A stretch of DNA of 63,793 nucleotides, the filler included, from Dugesia japonica (Eukaryota), in the NCBI GenBank assembly GCA_001938525.1. It is 5 parts of 5 records of this genome, joined end to end, with 100 filler letters (N's around TTAATTAATTAA, not from the genome) between each part and the next. Parts side by side here need not be neighbours in the genome. Positions count along the whole stretch, not along the records: positions 1 to 11,080 come from MQRL01636835.1; positions 11,181 to 29,655 come from MQRL01570612.1; 3 more parts are not named here. One strand, 5' to 3'. Below, piece after piece: positions 1 through 12,421 of this stretch (position 1 is its first letter; every line of letters begins with the position of its first letter). The position numbers and the translations under genes are program-made. The notes under the pieces are model-generated. The model made no database searches and was not told where the DNA came from. It saw only the letters and a list, made by a program, of their open reading frames with translations.

Positions 1-256
1 TTCAAAAAATCGGCAATTACTTTCTTGCCAACCAATAGTATTTTAATATAATTTTATATGAATAGTTATTAATAAGATAGTTATATAGTTATATATAGTT
101 ATATTCGAAGTTTTTTTATTATTTCAGAGAAGCTAAAATAAAAATATCAATCTTCATTTATCAACAAATGTTCTTCGAGATTTCTTGCATTTTTTTACAA
201 AATTAACATTTAACTCTTCTAAATGTTATTATTTTCGATTTATTTATTCGTATCAG

Positions 257-602
257 GAATTTGCAAGTACCAGGTTATGAAAAAGGAAACTTTATTGGAC
301 CAACAATTCTCACTAATGTTAATCCGGAGATGGAATGTTATCGAGAAGAGATATTTGGACCTGTATTGATCTGTTTAGAAGTTGAAACACTAGACGATGC
401 GATTAAATTAATTAATAATAATCCATATGGCAATGGTACAGCTATATTCACAAACAGTGGTGCTACTGCAAGAAAGTTTACTCAGAAAATTCATGTTGGT
501 CAAGTTGGAGTTAATGTGCCTATTCCAGTTCCTCTTCCAATGTTTAGTTTCACTGGATCACGTGGTTCATTCCTTGGAGATACTAATTTCTATGGGAAAC
601 AA
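257..602 (+). CDS. ALDH6A1: Methylmalonate-semialdehyde dehydrogenase (ALDH6A1/MMSDH), penultimate exon
   Basis: Translation has GNFIGPTI, the ALDH motif [18 protein letters not shown] and the MMSDH-type [33 protein letters not shown]. Acceptor CAG at 254-256; donor GT at 603 after the CAA codon. The ORF-track tail [11 protein letters not shown] is intronic. Confidence 0.95.
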
Positions 603-834
603 GTAGAATTTTATATTTTGAGTTTTGCAAAAATTTAATGATTCATTTTTATTTTGATGAGATTGAAAATACAATTTCCTTTTCAGATATTTTTATTATA
701 ATAATAATAATAATAATTATAATAATAATAATATTGTTATCATAATTAAAATTATATTTAGTAATTCAATTAATAAATGTTAACTTTGCGTATCAAATCT
801 TTAATTTTCTTGTTATTGTTGTACATGTCATAAC

Positions 835-1355
835 CAATGTTCCCTCTAAGCTGCGCGCAAATTTCGAAAAACTTACGCTCAAAACCAAATATTTGCCGCG
901 CACAGAATACAGTATGATAAAAATGTAATTTTAACTCATTTTACTATATTATTGAAGTTTTATTTTTTCTAAAAAAACATTTGCCAATTAAAATTAGTCT
1001 TATAAATTATTACTATCAAAAATAGTACCGATCGGTAGTAGCGACGGGTGGTGAGTACAAATGGCAGGGACGTAATCAGTGCAAGCTAGTGACCAACTAT
1101 TTCTAGTAAGGTATACTCGTTGCTACTGCCATTGTAGCGCGCGTGCAGCACCGGACAATAAAGGGCTTCACAGACCTGTTATTGCTATTTTTCATTTAGC
1201 TACAATTACAATAATCAAAAACATAATAATTATCATATTGTATGGTTTATATTAAAGTTCTTTGGTTTGAATAAAGTTATTCTATTGTTTGGTCTATATA
1301 TAATGTCAATAAATAGAAAATTATGAGCGTCCAAATTTTCTCAAACTTTAAAAAC
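835..1355. mobile_element. hAT-like non-autonomous element (partial copy) carrying an 18S rRNA fragment
   Basis: Starts CAATGTTCCCTCTAAGCTGCGCG. The body aligns in reverse complement with the complete copy at 29180-29597. The second TIR is not found before the N gap. Confidence 0.8.
1030..1186 (-). pseudogene. Degenerate, internally deleted 18S rRNA 3'-region fragment
   Basis: Plus strand reads ATCGGTAGTAGCGACGGGTGGTGAGTACAAATGGCAGGGACGTAATC ... CATTGTAGCGCGCGTGCAGCACCGGACA...AAGGGCTTCACAGACCTGTTATTGCT. These are the reverse complements of universally conserved eukaryotic SSU rRNA segments, with substitutions and a shortened middle. Confidence 0.9.
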
Positions 1356-3109
1356 ATGCTAAAATTTTCATTTCTTCTGAAATAATAAGAATTAATCAAT
1401 GTGCTATGAAACATAACATTGTAAAGTGTTATCTTTTAATTTTTTGACTTCAAAAATATGGACAAATGAGAATAGCACACTCGATTATTTTTATCTGAGA
1501 AAACTATTTTTGTATTTGTCAATGCTCATATTAGGTTNNNNNNNNNNNNNNNNNNNNNNNNNNNNNNNNNNNNNNNNNNNNNNNNNNNNNNNNNNNNNNN
1601 NNNNNNNNNNNNNNNNNNNNNNNNNNNNNNNNNNNNNNNNNNNNNNNNNNNNNNNNNNNNNNNNNNNNNNNNNNNNNNNNNNNNNNNNNNNNNNNNNNNN
1701 NNNNNNNNNNNNNNNNNNNNNNNNNNNNNNNNNNNNNNNNNNNNNNNNNNNNNNNNNNNNNNNNNNNNNNNNNNNNNNNNNNNTGTTACATATTATTCAT
1801 TAGACAACTGGTCGGCACTGCCCTTCTAAATCATTTGATTCAGCATATGAGTTTCTCCGGTTTACACTAATAAAAATTGGCATATTTATCGTGGCGAATT
1901 GATACATATTGTTCCTTGTTAAAAATAGTCAGAATGCAAGTTTTAATTGAGAATATAGTAAGCATTTCTTGAATTTCATGATTTGTTTTTAAAAAAAATG
2001 ATCAATTAAATGGAAGGGAAAATTTGATATTTCAAAATTAGTAGTAAATAAACATTGAAAACATGCACTTCGGTGTTAATTTATTTTCCGTTGATTTTAT
2101 CCACTCGTCAATCTTCATTAGTTTTTTTTAATTTCGATGAAATTTTAATCCATATTCACGAATTTTGTGCTTTTGTAATATAGTCTTTGGTATAAAAGTT
2201 TTGAAAATGAGTTAAATATTATCTTGAATTGGAGAACAATTTTTATTTTAACAACCAAAGAAATAATAATAGAGAAATAAATGAAATTGTAATAGTTTCT
2301 TNNNNNNNNNNNTTTTAAAATTAAAATATAAAAGATTTTATTGCATTAAACTTATAAAAAGAATGTAATTAAAGAGACATGAAATACATTTAAAGAAAGG
2401 AAATCAAATAAATTTCATAATAAATTCAAATTTTAATATAATTAATGGACTCTCATTTTAAAATGGTTTTTGTTTCTTTATACCTGTTGGAAATAATACG
2501 AAAACTAACTAGAATTCTTTTATTAATTTGGTTAGTGTTTGTTCACATATGGATGGTATGATTGTTAAAATACTATATGTTCATACTATTGTGACTATTT
2601 TCTTTCAGTTTTTTAAAGAAGTGGTCGTAATTTGTAGTTTATATCGCGGTCATTAAAATCAGCACATAATCCATGCAGTGTTAGATTTTTGTTATCAAAC
2701 ATACTTTCGGTTTTGATAATATGTACAAAGCATTTTCAGTATACTATAGCTAAATAAGAACTCAATTAAAACAATTTTTTATTTATCTAATTTAGGAATG
2801 AATTTTAAATTACTAGTTTAATATTTAATATCCAGCAAACTTTAATGATACATTTAGGATTTCGGTGTTTAGTTGGTTTATTAATGTCCTTTTGAGTGAA
2901 ACTATTGATTGGTTTTGTAAAAAAGTAACTATTGCATATCATAAATTATTGAAATTGATCAATTATTATTTTCATTTAATTGNNNGATAGCTATTGATTC
3001 CTCACTATTTTATTTTTTCTAGCTTATGAAAATTTTGAATTTTGAAAATATTGAAATTGAATTTTCAAATTCTTATCAAAATTCATTTTAAAATCCTTAA
3101 ATATTATTC

Positions 3110-3720
3110 CTGTACATAAAACCTCTTGTGATGCACCAATCTATCTACATTTAGAGTCATCAAGAGTGTGCAAATACGTACACGGATCATGGGAACTATC
3201 ATTGAGTTCCGCCAGCTTGTATGACTTCGCCCGTATTTCCGACTTATGTGAAGGTTGAAACCACTTTGGTCAATAAATATTCACATTCTGTCTTTCAGTT
3301 CGGAACGCAAAAATCTAGAAGTATATTCTCGACGTAGATTAATTCTCTCAATATCGGTTATTCGGTCTAGAACTGTAGTTTTCCTTTCCATAGATTATTT
3401 TAAGATTTTGAAACTTTATCAATAACGTTTTTACTGATCACGCAATTGATTGCGTTTAAAGTTACTGTTGAATTCCTTTCAATTATTTTTCCAATAAATA
3501 ATTCGATTTCTGGGGTTATTTTGTGAGGTTCGTGTGCTCAATGTTGCAAGCGATCTACACGACCAGTTTTTTTTTGAAGTCGTACAACAGTCCGCACTGT
3601 AATCGCTTTCAAGTTCAGGTTTCGTACAATCTCTGTTGCTGTTTCCACATTTTTCATGATTCAGTTGACAATTAGTCTTCGTTGCTGACCTGTGGTTTGA
3701 TGGTTAGTCTTTAATGAATT
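3110..3720 (-). pseudogene. Tc1/mariner-IS630-like DDE transposase relic
   Basis: Minus-strand translation gives an HTH-like stretch QRRLIVN*IMKNVETATEIVRNLNLKAITVRTVVRLQKKTGRV...KITPEIELFI and the first catalytic-D motif IFIDQSGFNLHISRKYGRS (FxDESGFNL type). Stops and frameshifts are present. Confidence 0.75.
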
Positions 3721-6700
3721 ATAAATTATCTTGCCGCCATAAAAATTATCTTTTCCGCCACTTGTTTATAAAAGGAAAGTTTTATTTAAATAATATATTG
3801 GAATATAAAAACGTATATAGTAATAAGTAATATATTTATCATAAAACATCCGATTTTGAATATTTTAGAACATATATGTGCATAAACATGAATAATACAT
3901 GAGTAAATTGTTTGATGAAAAAACGTATGTTTTTAAAGTGGAAATTGATTTTAAAATAAAAGTGTTGTATTTATAGTGGAAATACCATAATAAAATATTT
4001 ATCATTTAAAATCAATGTTCGGAGTAAATTTCCATAGTTATTTGATGTTTATTTTTTGTTTTTCTATTTTAGATTATTTGTTAATTAATTAATGTAATAC
4101 TTTGTGACTACTAATAATAGATTTCAGATTGATTATTATTTCTGTTAAATATAATTGAATAAGAATTTTCGCACATTCTTTTGGATTCAAACGTATTGGT
4201 AAATCTTTTTAAAATTTCAAGTTTTTCTAAAATTTTAGGTACATTTTAATACATTTGGAATTTCAAAAATTTTAAATATTTAAAAAGTATTTTTTTTATT
4301 TTAAAAATTGTAAAAATGATTTTAAAAAATTTTTCTCCAATAAATTTATTCTAATAAAATTTTTTCAATAAAGAATTATGATTATAGCCATTTGATATTC
4401 AGTATAATTGTTTGAATCTTTGTTTGAATAATCTCATATTTTTCATTTTTGTCTGGTGGTGTCGGTTAAATATATAATTTTATTTTAAATGGCGTTATTT
4501 ATTTTTTACTAAAAATACATCTTTTTTCTATTGGTGCTAGAATCTCTTGACATGAAACTATGCTGTGAAAAAGAAACTATTAAAAAATATTGAAATAATA
4601 TTCTTTATAACAGTTGAAGATTCTAACATTAGTTAATATATATTTCTAGTTATTTTATATTAAAAATTAAAGAAACTAAATGTTTAATATACGTTAAAAT
4701 TAAAACCGAAATTCGATGCTTGAACTTAATTTTCTTAAGATTATGTACTTTCTAATGCTAATTTATTTAATATACTAGATTTAATTCGTCTCATTGACAT
4801 TTTATTTAGACTTTGAACTGTATAACTTCATATTGGATATGGCTTTATTTACGTACACTGAATAATAGCGACGAAAATTTTAATAAGTTTTAAAATGAAG
4901 ATCTTGTTATGTATTTCAAAAATAGTTTTTTGGTTTTAAAGATTTCATAAGAAAAATTCTTGTTATATATTCACAAAAATGGTAACTCATTAATTTACAG
5001 AGATATTATGTTCCGGTTTTCTACTCACGATGAAAGGAATTCATTTTTCAGCAGACATTAATAATTTGTTGATTTGAATTGTAAACTTATTAAGAATAAG
5101 AAAAACACGTTTTTGAAAAACTTTTAAATATATAATTATTTAAAATTTACATTAAAATTTTTTATAAAAATTATCATAAAATAAACAGAAAAACTAACGG
5201 CTATGATAGATAGCATCATCAAGAGCATAAACAGAAACATTGTAATAGGTAGTATAATTATTCTGATATAAATAATTTTAATAACTATTAAATAATATTA
5301 AATTTACTTTAATTAAATTCTTCCTCTTTATTCCCCTAGGTAGTTTTGAACCGTACAGGACAAAAACATTTAAAAATTTCGAATTTTAAGAGAATAGATA
5401 CACTTTTTATTATCAAATTTGGCATCTTTGGATTCGGAGTGAGATGGTGAACATGATTAATGTATATTCAATCAATTAAAAATTTTAAAAACATTGTACA
5501 GTCACGAGTTTTTAACGTGTTGACTTTAAACCCATACCAATGGATAGGAAATTAAAAACCACGTACATTGTCATTAAAATTAAATTAATTTTCGTCCCCC
5601 ATGTAACAGTTGAAGTCCAGATAATCTCGATGGAAGGTTTAATACCAAGTGTAGGAACTTCGTCCTTGGTTTGTGATATTTGAAAATTGCTTAAATCTGC
5701 ATGAATCATAGTAAAGAATTTTCAGAATAATTCAGAAGCTTGATTAAGACATGATTGTTATCTAATATACCGCTTCTGACACCAATGTTTTGTTAATAAT
5801 TAACCAAGAAAATCAACAAAGAAATGTTTTGAATAAATGTAAATGTCGTAGTTTTTATATCAACCAGTTAATTAAAACAAATTATTTTAATGACGCAACA
5901 ATGATAAATAATTATAGTTTTGTTTACTTACTTTATTTATTTTTTTAAATTTATTTGTGGAAATAAGCATATTTTTGAAATTTTTTCAAGTATAATTTAA
6001 GTATTTTATAATTATAATTATTGCGAGAATAATTACTGGATATAACCATTGATCGCATTTGAGATTTCATTAAAATAAAGAAAAGGCTTCGATCAAAATA
6101 AAATGTATTTTTTATAGAAATTCAAATTTTTGACACTTGTCTTCTTCATGAATGATGACTTTTTAATAGATACAAAACGATAATAGATCTTTGTTATAAA
6201 ATTCTTTATATTTTTTCAAAATGTTATTGGTCTAAATTTTTTTTAAATTAAATATCAAAAAATCTTTTTTAATTAAATTGAATTAAAAATCTCTCAAATG
6301 TTTAAAAAAATAACAAACATTAAAATATTAAAATTAAATTATTTTTCTACCAACTTTTAATAAACATTCAAAACCTTCTCCCAATTCATATCATAAAATA
6401 AATTATCAATATTATTTCGTTTTTTACTAAAAGATTTTTAAATTTAATCTATTGATACTGATACTAATTAATTTTTTTTTTAAATTTTAATTATTGTAAT
6501 TATTCAAAATCACATTAATCTTACGTTTATCTTCTTTAATTAATATCTGTTGATGTTTTTTCCTGTGAAGTGTGGAAATTTATCCTGTTCCTAATGTTTA
6601 AAAGTATTAATTATGTTATTAAGTAGTAATTTAACTATAAAAATCAATTCGCTCATGATGAAGATTATTTCAAGATGTTGACCAATCTAGTTATTAGTAA

Positions 6701-6832
6701 AAATGAACAATTTATATTTTAAAAGAAATTTTAGAAAAAATCGTTTTTGAAGCTTGATTTAAATGTGTAAAATAATTCTATTTGTTATTTTATTTTTTAA
6801 AGTTATTTTTGAATTTGTTAACTAAATTATGT

Positions 6833-7041
6833 CAGTGATGTAATTAGTGGTGAACCGGGCATTTGATCCTGGCATCAGACTGATCGTTTCATAAATTTTA
6901 TTTCATCAAAATTTTCATTTTTTTAAATTAAAGTTAAGTATGTAAAAAATTGTAAAAGTTAAAATAAAATATATGTTAAGAAAGAGTGAGATGGGCTAAA
7001 TTTTTACACTTTGCTCCGGACGCTGAAAACTGTATCCACTG
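6833..7041. mobile_element. hAT-type MITE
   Basis: CAGTG...CACTG ends; 8-bp flanks AATTATGT and AATTATAT (7/8 TSD match). Confidence 0.65.
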
Positions 7042-7590
7042 AATTATATATGAATCTTATAGTGTTCTTTGTTAATGAAAATAAATTGTCTTCGGACTAC
7101 TTTCCTAACACTAGTAAAATATGGAAAAACAATCATGGTATTCATATTTTGAAAATAATATTTGATAAATAACTGACCTCTGATTAGCAAGTAAAACAAT
7201 TAGAATTTTAATATTGAGATAATGGAAAATAATAATTAACGATATCTAAATATTTGATTTTCTTTAAATTTGAAACTTTTAAACATGTTTATTTCCATTC
7301 AATGTAATTCTTTGTTTTTCTAATGTTTCCTAGTATACTAATACCATCGAAATTTTTAACACATTTTAAACAATTTTATTCAACCAAGGAATATTCATAA
7401 ATCTCTGAAAATTTCTGAAGCTTATGATAAGTCAAATCCCATTCTAAGTAAATAAAATTACGAATATAATCGACGACAAAAGTCTTCTTTTGAATGGTGT
7501 TTGGTAATAGTTACTTTTTAATTCTAATTGTGAAAAATACTTGCACTGCAATAAAATCAATATTTTATTCTGAGTATGAAATATAAAATA

Positions 7591-8732
7591 CACCCATACC
7601 TCGCTATACGGCCTCTCTTTATACAGCTTTTTGCTTTAACGGTCTACATTAACCCTTAAATATATGATGTAGCATATACTATACACGTATATTAAACATT
7701 ATATATACTACATCATGTGATGGGTTTTTAATAGTTTGATAATTAATTTATTTTTAATCTGACTCCAAGATAGTGTTCGAGAATAGATAAGACCCAACAA
7801 TATATATATATATATATATATGTTCAAATAATCACAGCATAAGTTTTCAATAATAATTCCAACGATAAAGAATACACTAATTGATTAGTCTCAGTTGAGT
7901 CAATGGGCTTGATTTGACGGTGTAATGATTGAATAGAACTCTAGCTTTACTATTTCAATAATTCCAACTTGATTGCTTTAATTTCCTTTTTATTTCGCTT
8001 CTTTAATTTCCAAAGCAAACTTCCGATTCTTTAATTTCTCTTTGATTTTCTTTTTTTACACTCTTGAAACAATTTTTATAATTCTTGAAAGTGTCTTAAG
8101 TTTTATTACGTTCCTCTTTTTTGATCTATTAAGGTTTTAAGTCTTTTCTATTAAGTTCTGATTTTTGCTTTCATCTGCTTGCTTATATAGCTTCATTCTG
8201 GCGCTGTGATTCTCATTTCGCTTTCCTTGTCAAGTTTTTGAAAACTTTCAATAATCTCATTTTCACATCTTCTGTAACATAATTCTGATGTTTATTCCGA
8301 TCTCCCACGTTTTTATCTTGTTCTAATTGCAGCTGTCACTTTCTAATTAAACTCTTGAATTTTTGTTATTCTCCATCTCTTTTTTTATTATATTCTTTTT
8401 CTTTCATCTTTCCGCTTATTAATAATATAATATATTAATTAATTGATAAAATATTTTATTTATTTAGATTTGCTCCATTTTAACGTCCCATATAGTTCTC
8501 AAACATACACATGCATACGCATACTTGTAATTACATTTATAATACATATTTACATTAGAATGACACAAATTATTATCATTATTCCTTTATTTTACAAGTG
8601 TCAATTAATTTCGTATTTTATTGGAATGTAAATTTACTCAATTTATTATATTAACACATGCATTTAAGGGTTAAAGTAGGCCGTTAAAGCGAAAAGCTGT
8701 ATAAAAAGAGGCCGTATAGCGAGGTATGGGTG
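7591..8732. mobile_element. Element with ~75-bp terminal inverted repeats (pogo/Tigger-like outer ends, piggyBac-like inner ends at 7653-8670)
   Basis: CACCCATACCTCGCTATACGGCCTCTCTTTATACAGCTTTTTGCTTTAACGG.. at 7591 is mirrored by ..CCGTTAAAGCGAAAAGCTGTATAAAAAGAGGCCGTATAGCGAGGTATGGGTG ending at 8732. Inner ends read TTAA|CCCT...AGGG|TTAA. Confidence 0.8.
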
Positions 8733-8892
8733 TTTAGTTTTTCCGCACTATATTTAGTTTTCAGTGTTTTTTCGAATAGAGACAAAACCACGGGATCTGC
8801 TTAAAATTATTTATGAGTATTCTAAATAAATTTACTAATGTTAAATATTTTGAAAACGTAAACTAAGTATTTGTAATCTTTATATTTTTTAG

Positions 8893-8997
8893 GGGATTAA
8901 TTTTTATACCCAATTAAAAACAGTGACACAATTGTGGCGCGAAGAAGATGCAGAACATGATCTTAAGCAATCAGCAACAAATTTTCCAACAATGTAA
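8893..8997 (+). CDS. ALDH6A1: ALDH6A1 terminal exon (GINFYTQLKTVTQLWREEDAEHDLKQSATNFPTM*)
   Basis: Follows a TTTTTTAG acceptor at 8885-8892. In phase 0 it gives FYGKQ|GINFYTQLKTVTQLW...PTM*, the conserved MMSDH C-terminus. This implies an ~8.3-kb intron (603-8892), which contains N gaps. Confidence 0.9.
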   Translation, partial: GINFYTQLKTVTQLWREEDAEHDLKQSATNFPTM

Positions 8998-10559
8998 TAT
9001 TTTGCAACTAAATCGTTGAGTCACTGCGAGAATCTTGNNNNNNNNNNNNNNNNNNNNNNNNNNNNNNNNNNNNNNNNNNNNNNNNNNNNNNNNNNNNNNN
9101 NNNNNNNNNNNNNNNNNNNNNNNNNNNNNNNNNNNNNNNNNNNNNNNNNNNNNNNNNNNNNNNNNNNNNNNNNNNNNNNNNNNNNNNNNNNNNNNNNNNN
9201 NNNNNNNNNNNNNNNNNNNNNNNNNNNNNNNNNNNNNNNNNNNNNNNNNNNNNNNNNNNNNNNNNNNNNNNNNNNNNNNNNNNNNNNNNNNNNNNNNNNN
9301 NNNNNCTTTCTCGATATAATGTGTGCTGAATTACCATAAAACGTCTCTTTTACACTCATATTGTACATGTACTTCCATTTTCAGTGGATTTTACATTACC
9401 CACATTCATTATTTTTATATTTATGATTGTAATTGTTCCTTATAATATCTTTACTTTTGGCATTTTCTATTGATCTTTATACACGCCTCTTTTGGTTCTC
9501 TTATTACCTTTACACANNNNNNNNNNNNNNNNNNNNNNNNNNNNNNNNNNNNNNNNNNNNNNNNNNNNNNNNNNCGTGAGTTACGCGTAAAATTGTTTAT
9601 AGTTGTTACATAAATATTTCCTTTAAAATTTGATGACCTTAATGAGCTGGTGGTTTTTTTCATGTTTAATTTTTTATTGAGATAATTACAGATTGGTTAT
9701 AATCAGCGACATAGATAACCAAAGAATTAAGTTAAGATATATGCAATCACAAATTTTCGAAATGATTATTAATAGAAATAAAAAGCAATTCCTTAAATAT
9801 AAATTTTTTAGTATAAATCTTTTAGGGTTTTTTTTTTGGAATCACCCTGTAATAACATTTCATTGTCAATTTACTTTAAATTAAAAAACTCGGGTGATAT
9901 TGCAACAAAGACTACTAATTGATGCGTACAATAAAATGTATTTCAGTGAATCTCTACCTACTCCTTTTCAATTTCAAATATTCATGTACATGCATCAAGC
10001 TTGTTACTATGCATTAATCTAATTTTTCAAGCGTAAAGTCTAATATTTATTATATAATGAATTCTTTAATAGTGCATAATTAAGTGCTTGCCTTATCAAC
10101 CTAGTATTAGATTTGTTTATCTCGTTTTACGATGATGTCATAAATTGTCATAGTTGTTGAACAATAAACACAGTGTTAATATTCCACAGCACATTCGATT
10201 ATTTTATACAAATGGAAAGTTGTAAATTTATCGTTATATTCATATTATGTCTATTATATATCCCATCATAAATTTTACCTTACTATGAATTTTCTACCAA
10301 TCATGAATAATGATAACATCTTTGTTGGTATCTTAAAAGCTGGAATAGAGAGTGATAATAANNNNNNNNNNNNNNNNNNNNNNNNNNNNNNNNNNNNNNN
10401 NNNNNNNNNNNNNNNNNNNNNNNNNNNNNNNNNNNNNNNNNNNNNNNNNNNNNNNNNNNNNNNNNCCTTAATTAATAATTACTGTATTGGAATTGCGTAC
10501 ATATTTTAAGAAAGCTTTGTTCGAAGAATCACAATGTCAATCACGTTTTTTTTAATATT

Positions 10560-10935
10560 TAAAGACAAATTTTAACTGTATCGATGAAGCAGTGAAAAGA
10601 TATGTAGAAACAAATTCAGTAAATTTTAATAAGTTTTAACAAAACAACGGGTTGGAAGCATTTACTAAAAAACAAGTTGGGATATCCTATATTATTAAAA
10701 TATTGAAAATTAAATTAAAAAAATAAAAGAATATAAGAAGAGTAAGAAAGTGTAAAGATTTTAAAAGAAAGAGAAGTTGGAAGAGAATATAGAAATAGGT
10801 CGAATGATTGAATTAAGATAGATGGTAGACATTTCGTTTAACAAACTACAAGAAAAGCTTAGTGATAGTAACGACAAATATTGAAAATCTCAAATGTCTT
10901 TTGAACATTGGAGCACAATTTTTTTTTATGTTGGG
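10560..10935 (+). mobile_element. Decayed LTR-retrotransposon gag/protease fragment
   Basis: ENLKCLLNIGAQF resembles a mutated aspartic protease LLDTGA motif; it is preceded by an A-rich, Lys/Glu-rich decayed frame. Confidence 0.4.
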
Positions 10936-11080
10936 ATTCAGTTATCACAAAGATACACAATATAAACACACAAATACGTGTAAGCAAAATAAAGCATGCA
11001 CAAATATACATTCAGAAATAATCCAAAATAATCCAATTCAGTATCAGATAATGTAAAACAATCCAAGTATCAGTATTCGA

Positions 11081-11180
11081 NNNNNNNNNNNNNNNNNNNN
11101 NNNNNNNNNNNNNNNNNNNNNNNNTTAATTAATTAANNNNNNNNNNNNNNNNNNNNNNNNNNNNNNNNNNNNNNNNNNNN
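11081..11180. other. Artificial scaffolding linker N44-TTAATTAATTAA-N44
   Basis: The same 100-bp construct (stops in all six frames) occurs four times in the window. Confidence 0.9.
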
Positions 11181-11712
11181 AATCTGTGTCTAGTATTGGC
11201 TTGTTCGTACGTGAACATCGTACCATTTCTGATCTCTATCTTACACTGAATTATAATTCCGGCATTTACTGACGGAATTTTCTGGACACCAACCAGTTGG
11301 GTAACGTCATTTATGGAAAGCCTTTATATTTAGATATTACGATATAAATTCAAATCTTTGTATTTTTAAATCTAAAATTGGGATGTGCCATAATTTTGTC
11401 CCCAACTGTATTAATTAGATCATTATAGGACTGCTTATATCGAAAAATTAGCATTTCAAATAGATAAACTATAGAAGTCATTGAAATATTATAATAAAAG
11501 TTATAATAATTATAATTATTATAATTATTATTATAAGAAATTATAATAAAAAGTGGATTGCAAATAGTTGTAACTTNNNNNNNNNNNNNNNNNNNNNNNN
11601 NNNNNNNNNNNNNNNNNNNNNNNNNNTTAAGAAAATCAACAGATGCAGATCTGTCAATCGTATAATTTGATAAAAACCAAAATATTAAATCATAAATAGA
11701 GCTTTACAATTT

Positions 11713-11892
11713 CAATTATTGCGAGAATAATTGTTGAACATAACCATTGATCGTTTTATAGAATTCATTTAAAATAAAAGCTCAGTAAAAGTCAATTCCT
11801 GAAGAAGACTAAGCGGAAATATCAAATTGTTANCAAATATATATAANAATAAAAACAAAAAACTTTGATCGAANCTTTTATTTTAAATGAAT
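11713..11892 (+). mobile_element. Penelope-like element terminal fragment with degenerate hammerhead core
   Basis: CAATTATTGCGAGAATAATTG..ATAACCATTGATCG..TTCATTTAAAATAAAAG is shared with ~6015-6160, ~25600 and (inverted) ~49920-49970. It contains AATTCCTGAAGAAGACTAAGCGGAAAT and an inverted copy of its own end. Confidence 0.6.
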
Positions 11893-12421
11893 AAATAGAG
11901 CTGACTATAAATATTCCATTATGTAAACAATGTAACGAAGTTATTTAGGTTTGGTATTGTATGTCAATCATTTTGCAAAATATTTTCAGGTAACTGGTAT
12001 AGTTATTATGATATTATTTATTATATATTGTATTTGTTTGACTTGGACTCACTTTAACCTGATAAAATCGAAACTAAAAATAGCAAATGTTAAAAGCAAA
12101 TTATAAATGAATTAATAAATAAATTAGCTCTATAGTATGTTATATGAATCATTATTCTAGTGTTTTATTATTTCTATTTATTTATTTTATTATTATTATT
12201 ATTTGTTTTATTATTATCATTATTATTATAATTATTATTATTATTATCATTATTATTATTATTTATTTTAAAATTAATTATAGATTAAATTAAAGAAATC
12301 ATTTCTAATTATATTTTAACTTCAATTGGTCAAATGTTTTATCCAATAGAAAATAAAAATTTTAATAGTTAAGATTTTAATACAGCTTAATGCAAATCGT
12401 TAGTTTTTTGAATTATTTAAA

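Noticed and set aside
1030-1186. Functional rRNA gene
   Set aside because: Only ~157 nt, with substitutions in invariant positions and an internal deletion, and embedded in a MITE.
5400-5790. Possible coding relic (..FHRDYLDFNCYMGDEN*FNFNDNVRGF*FPIHWYGFKV..) on the minus strand
   Set aside because: Too short and degenerate to assign; the resemblance to ADP-ribosyltransferase-like sequences is not supportable.
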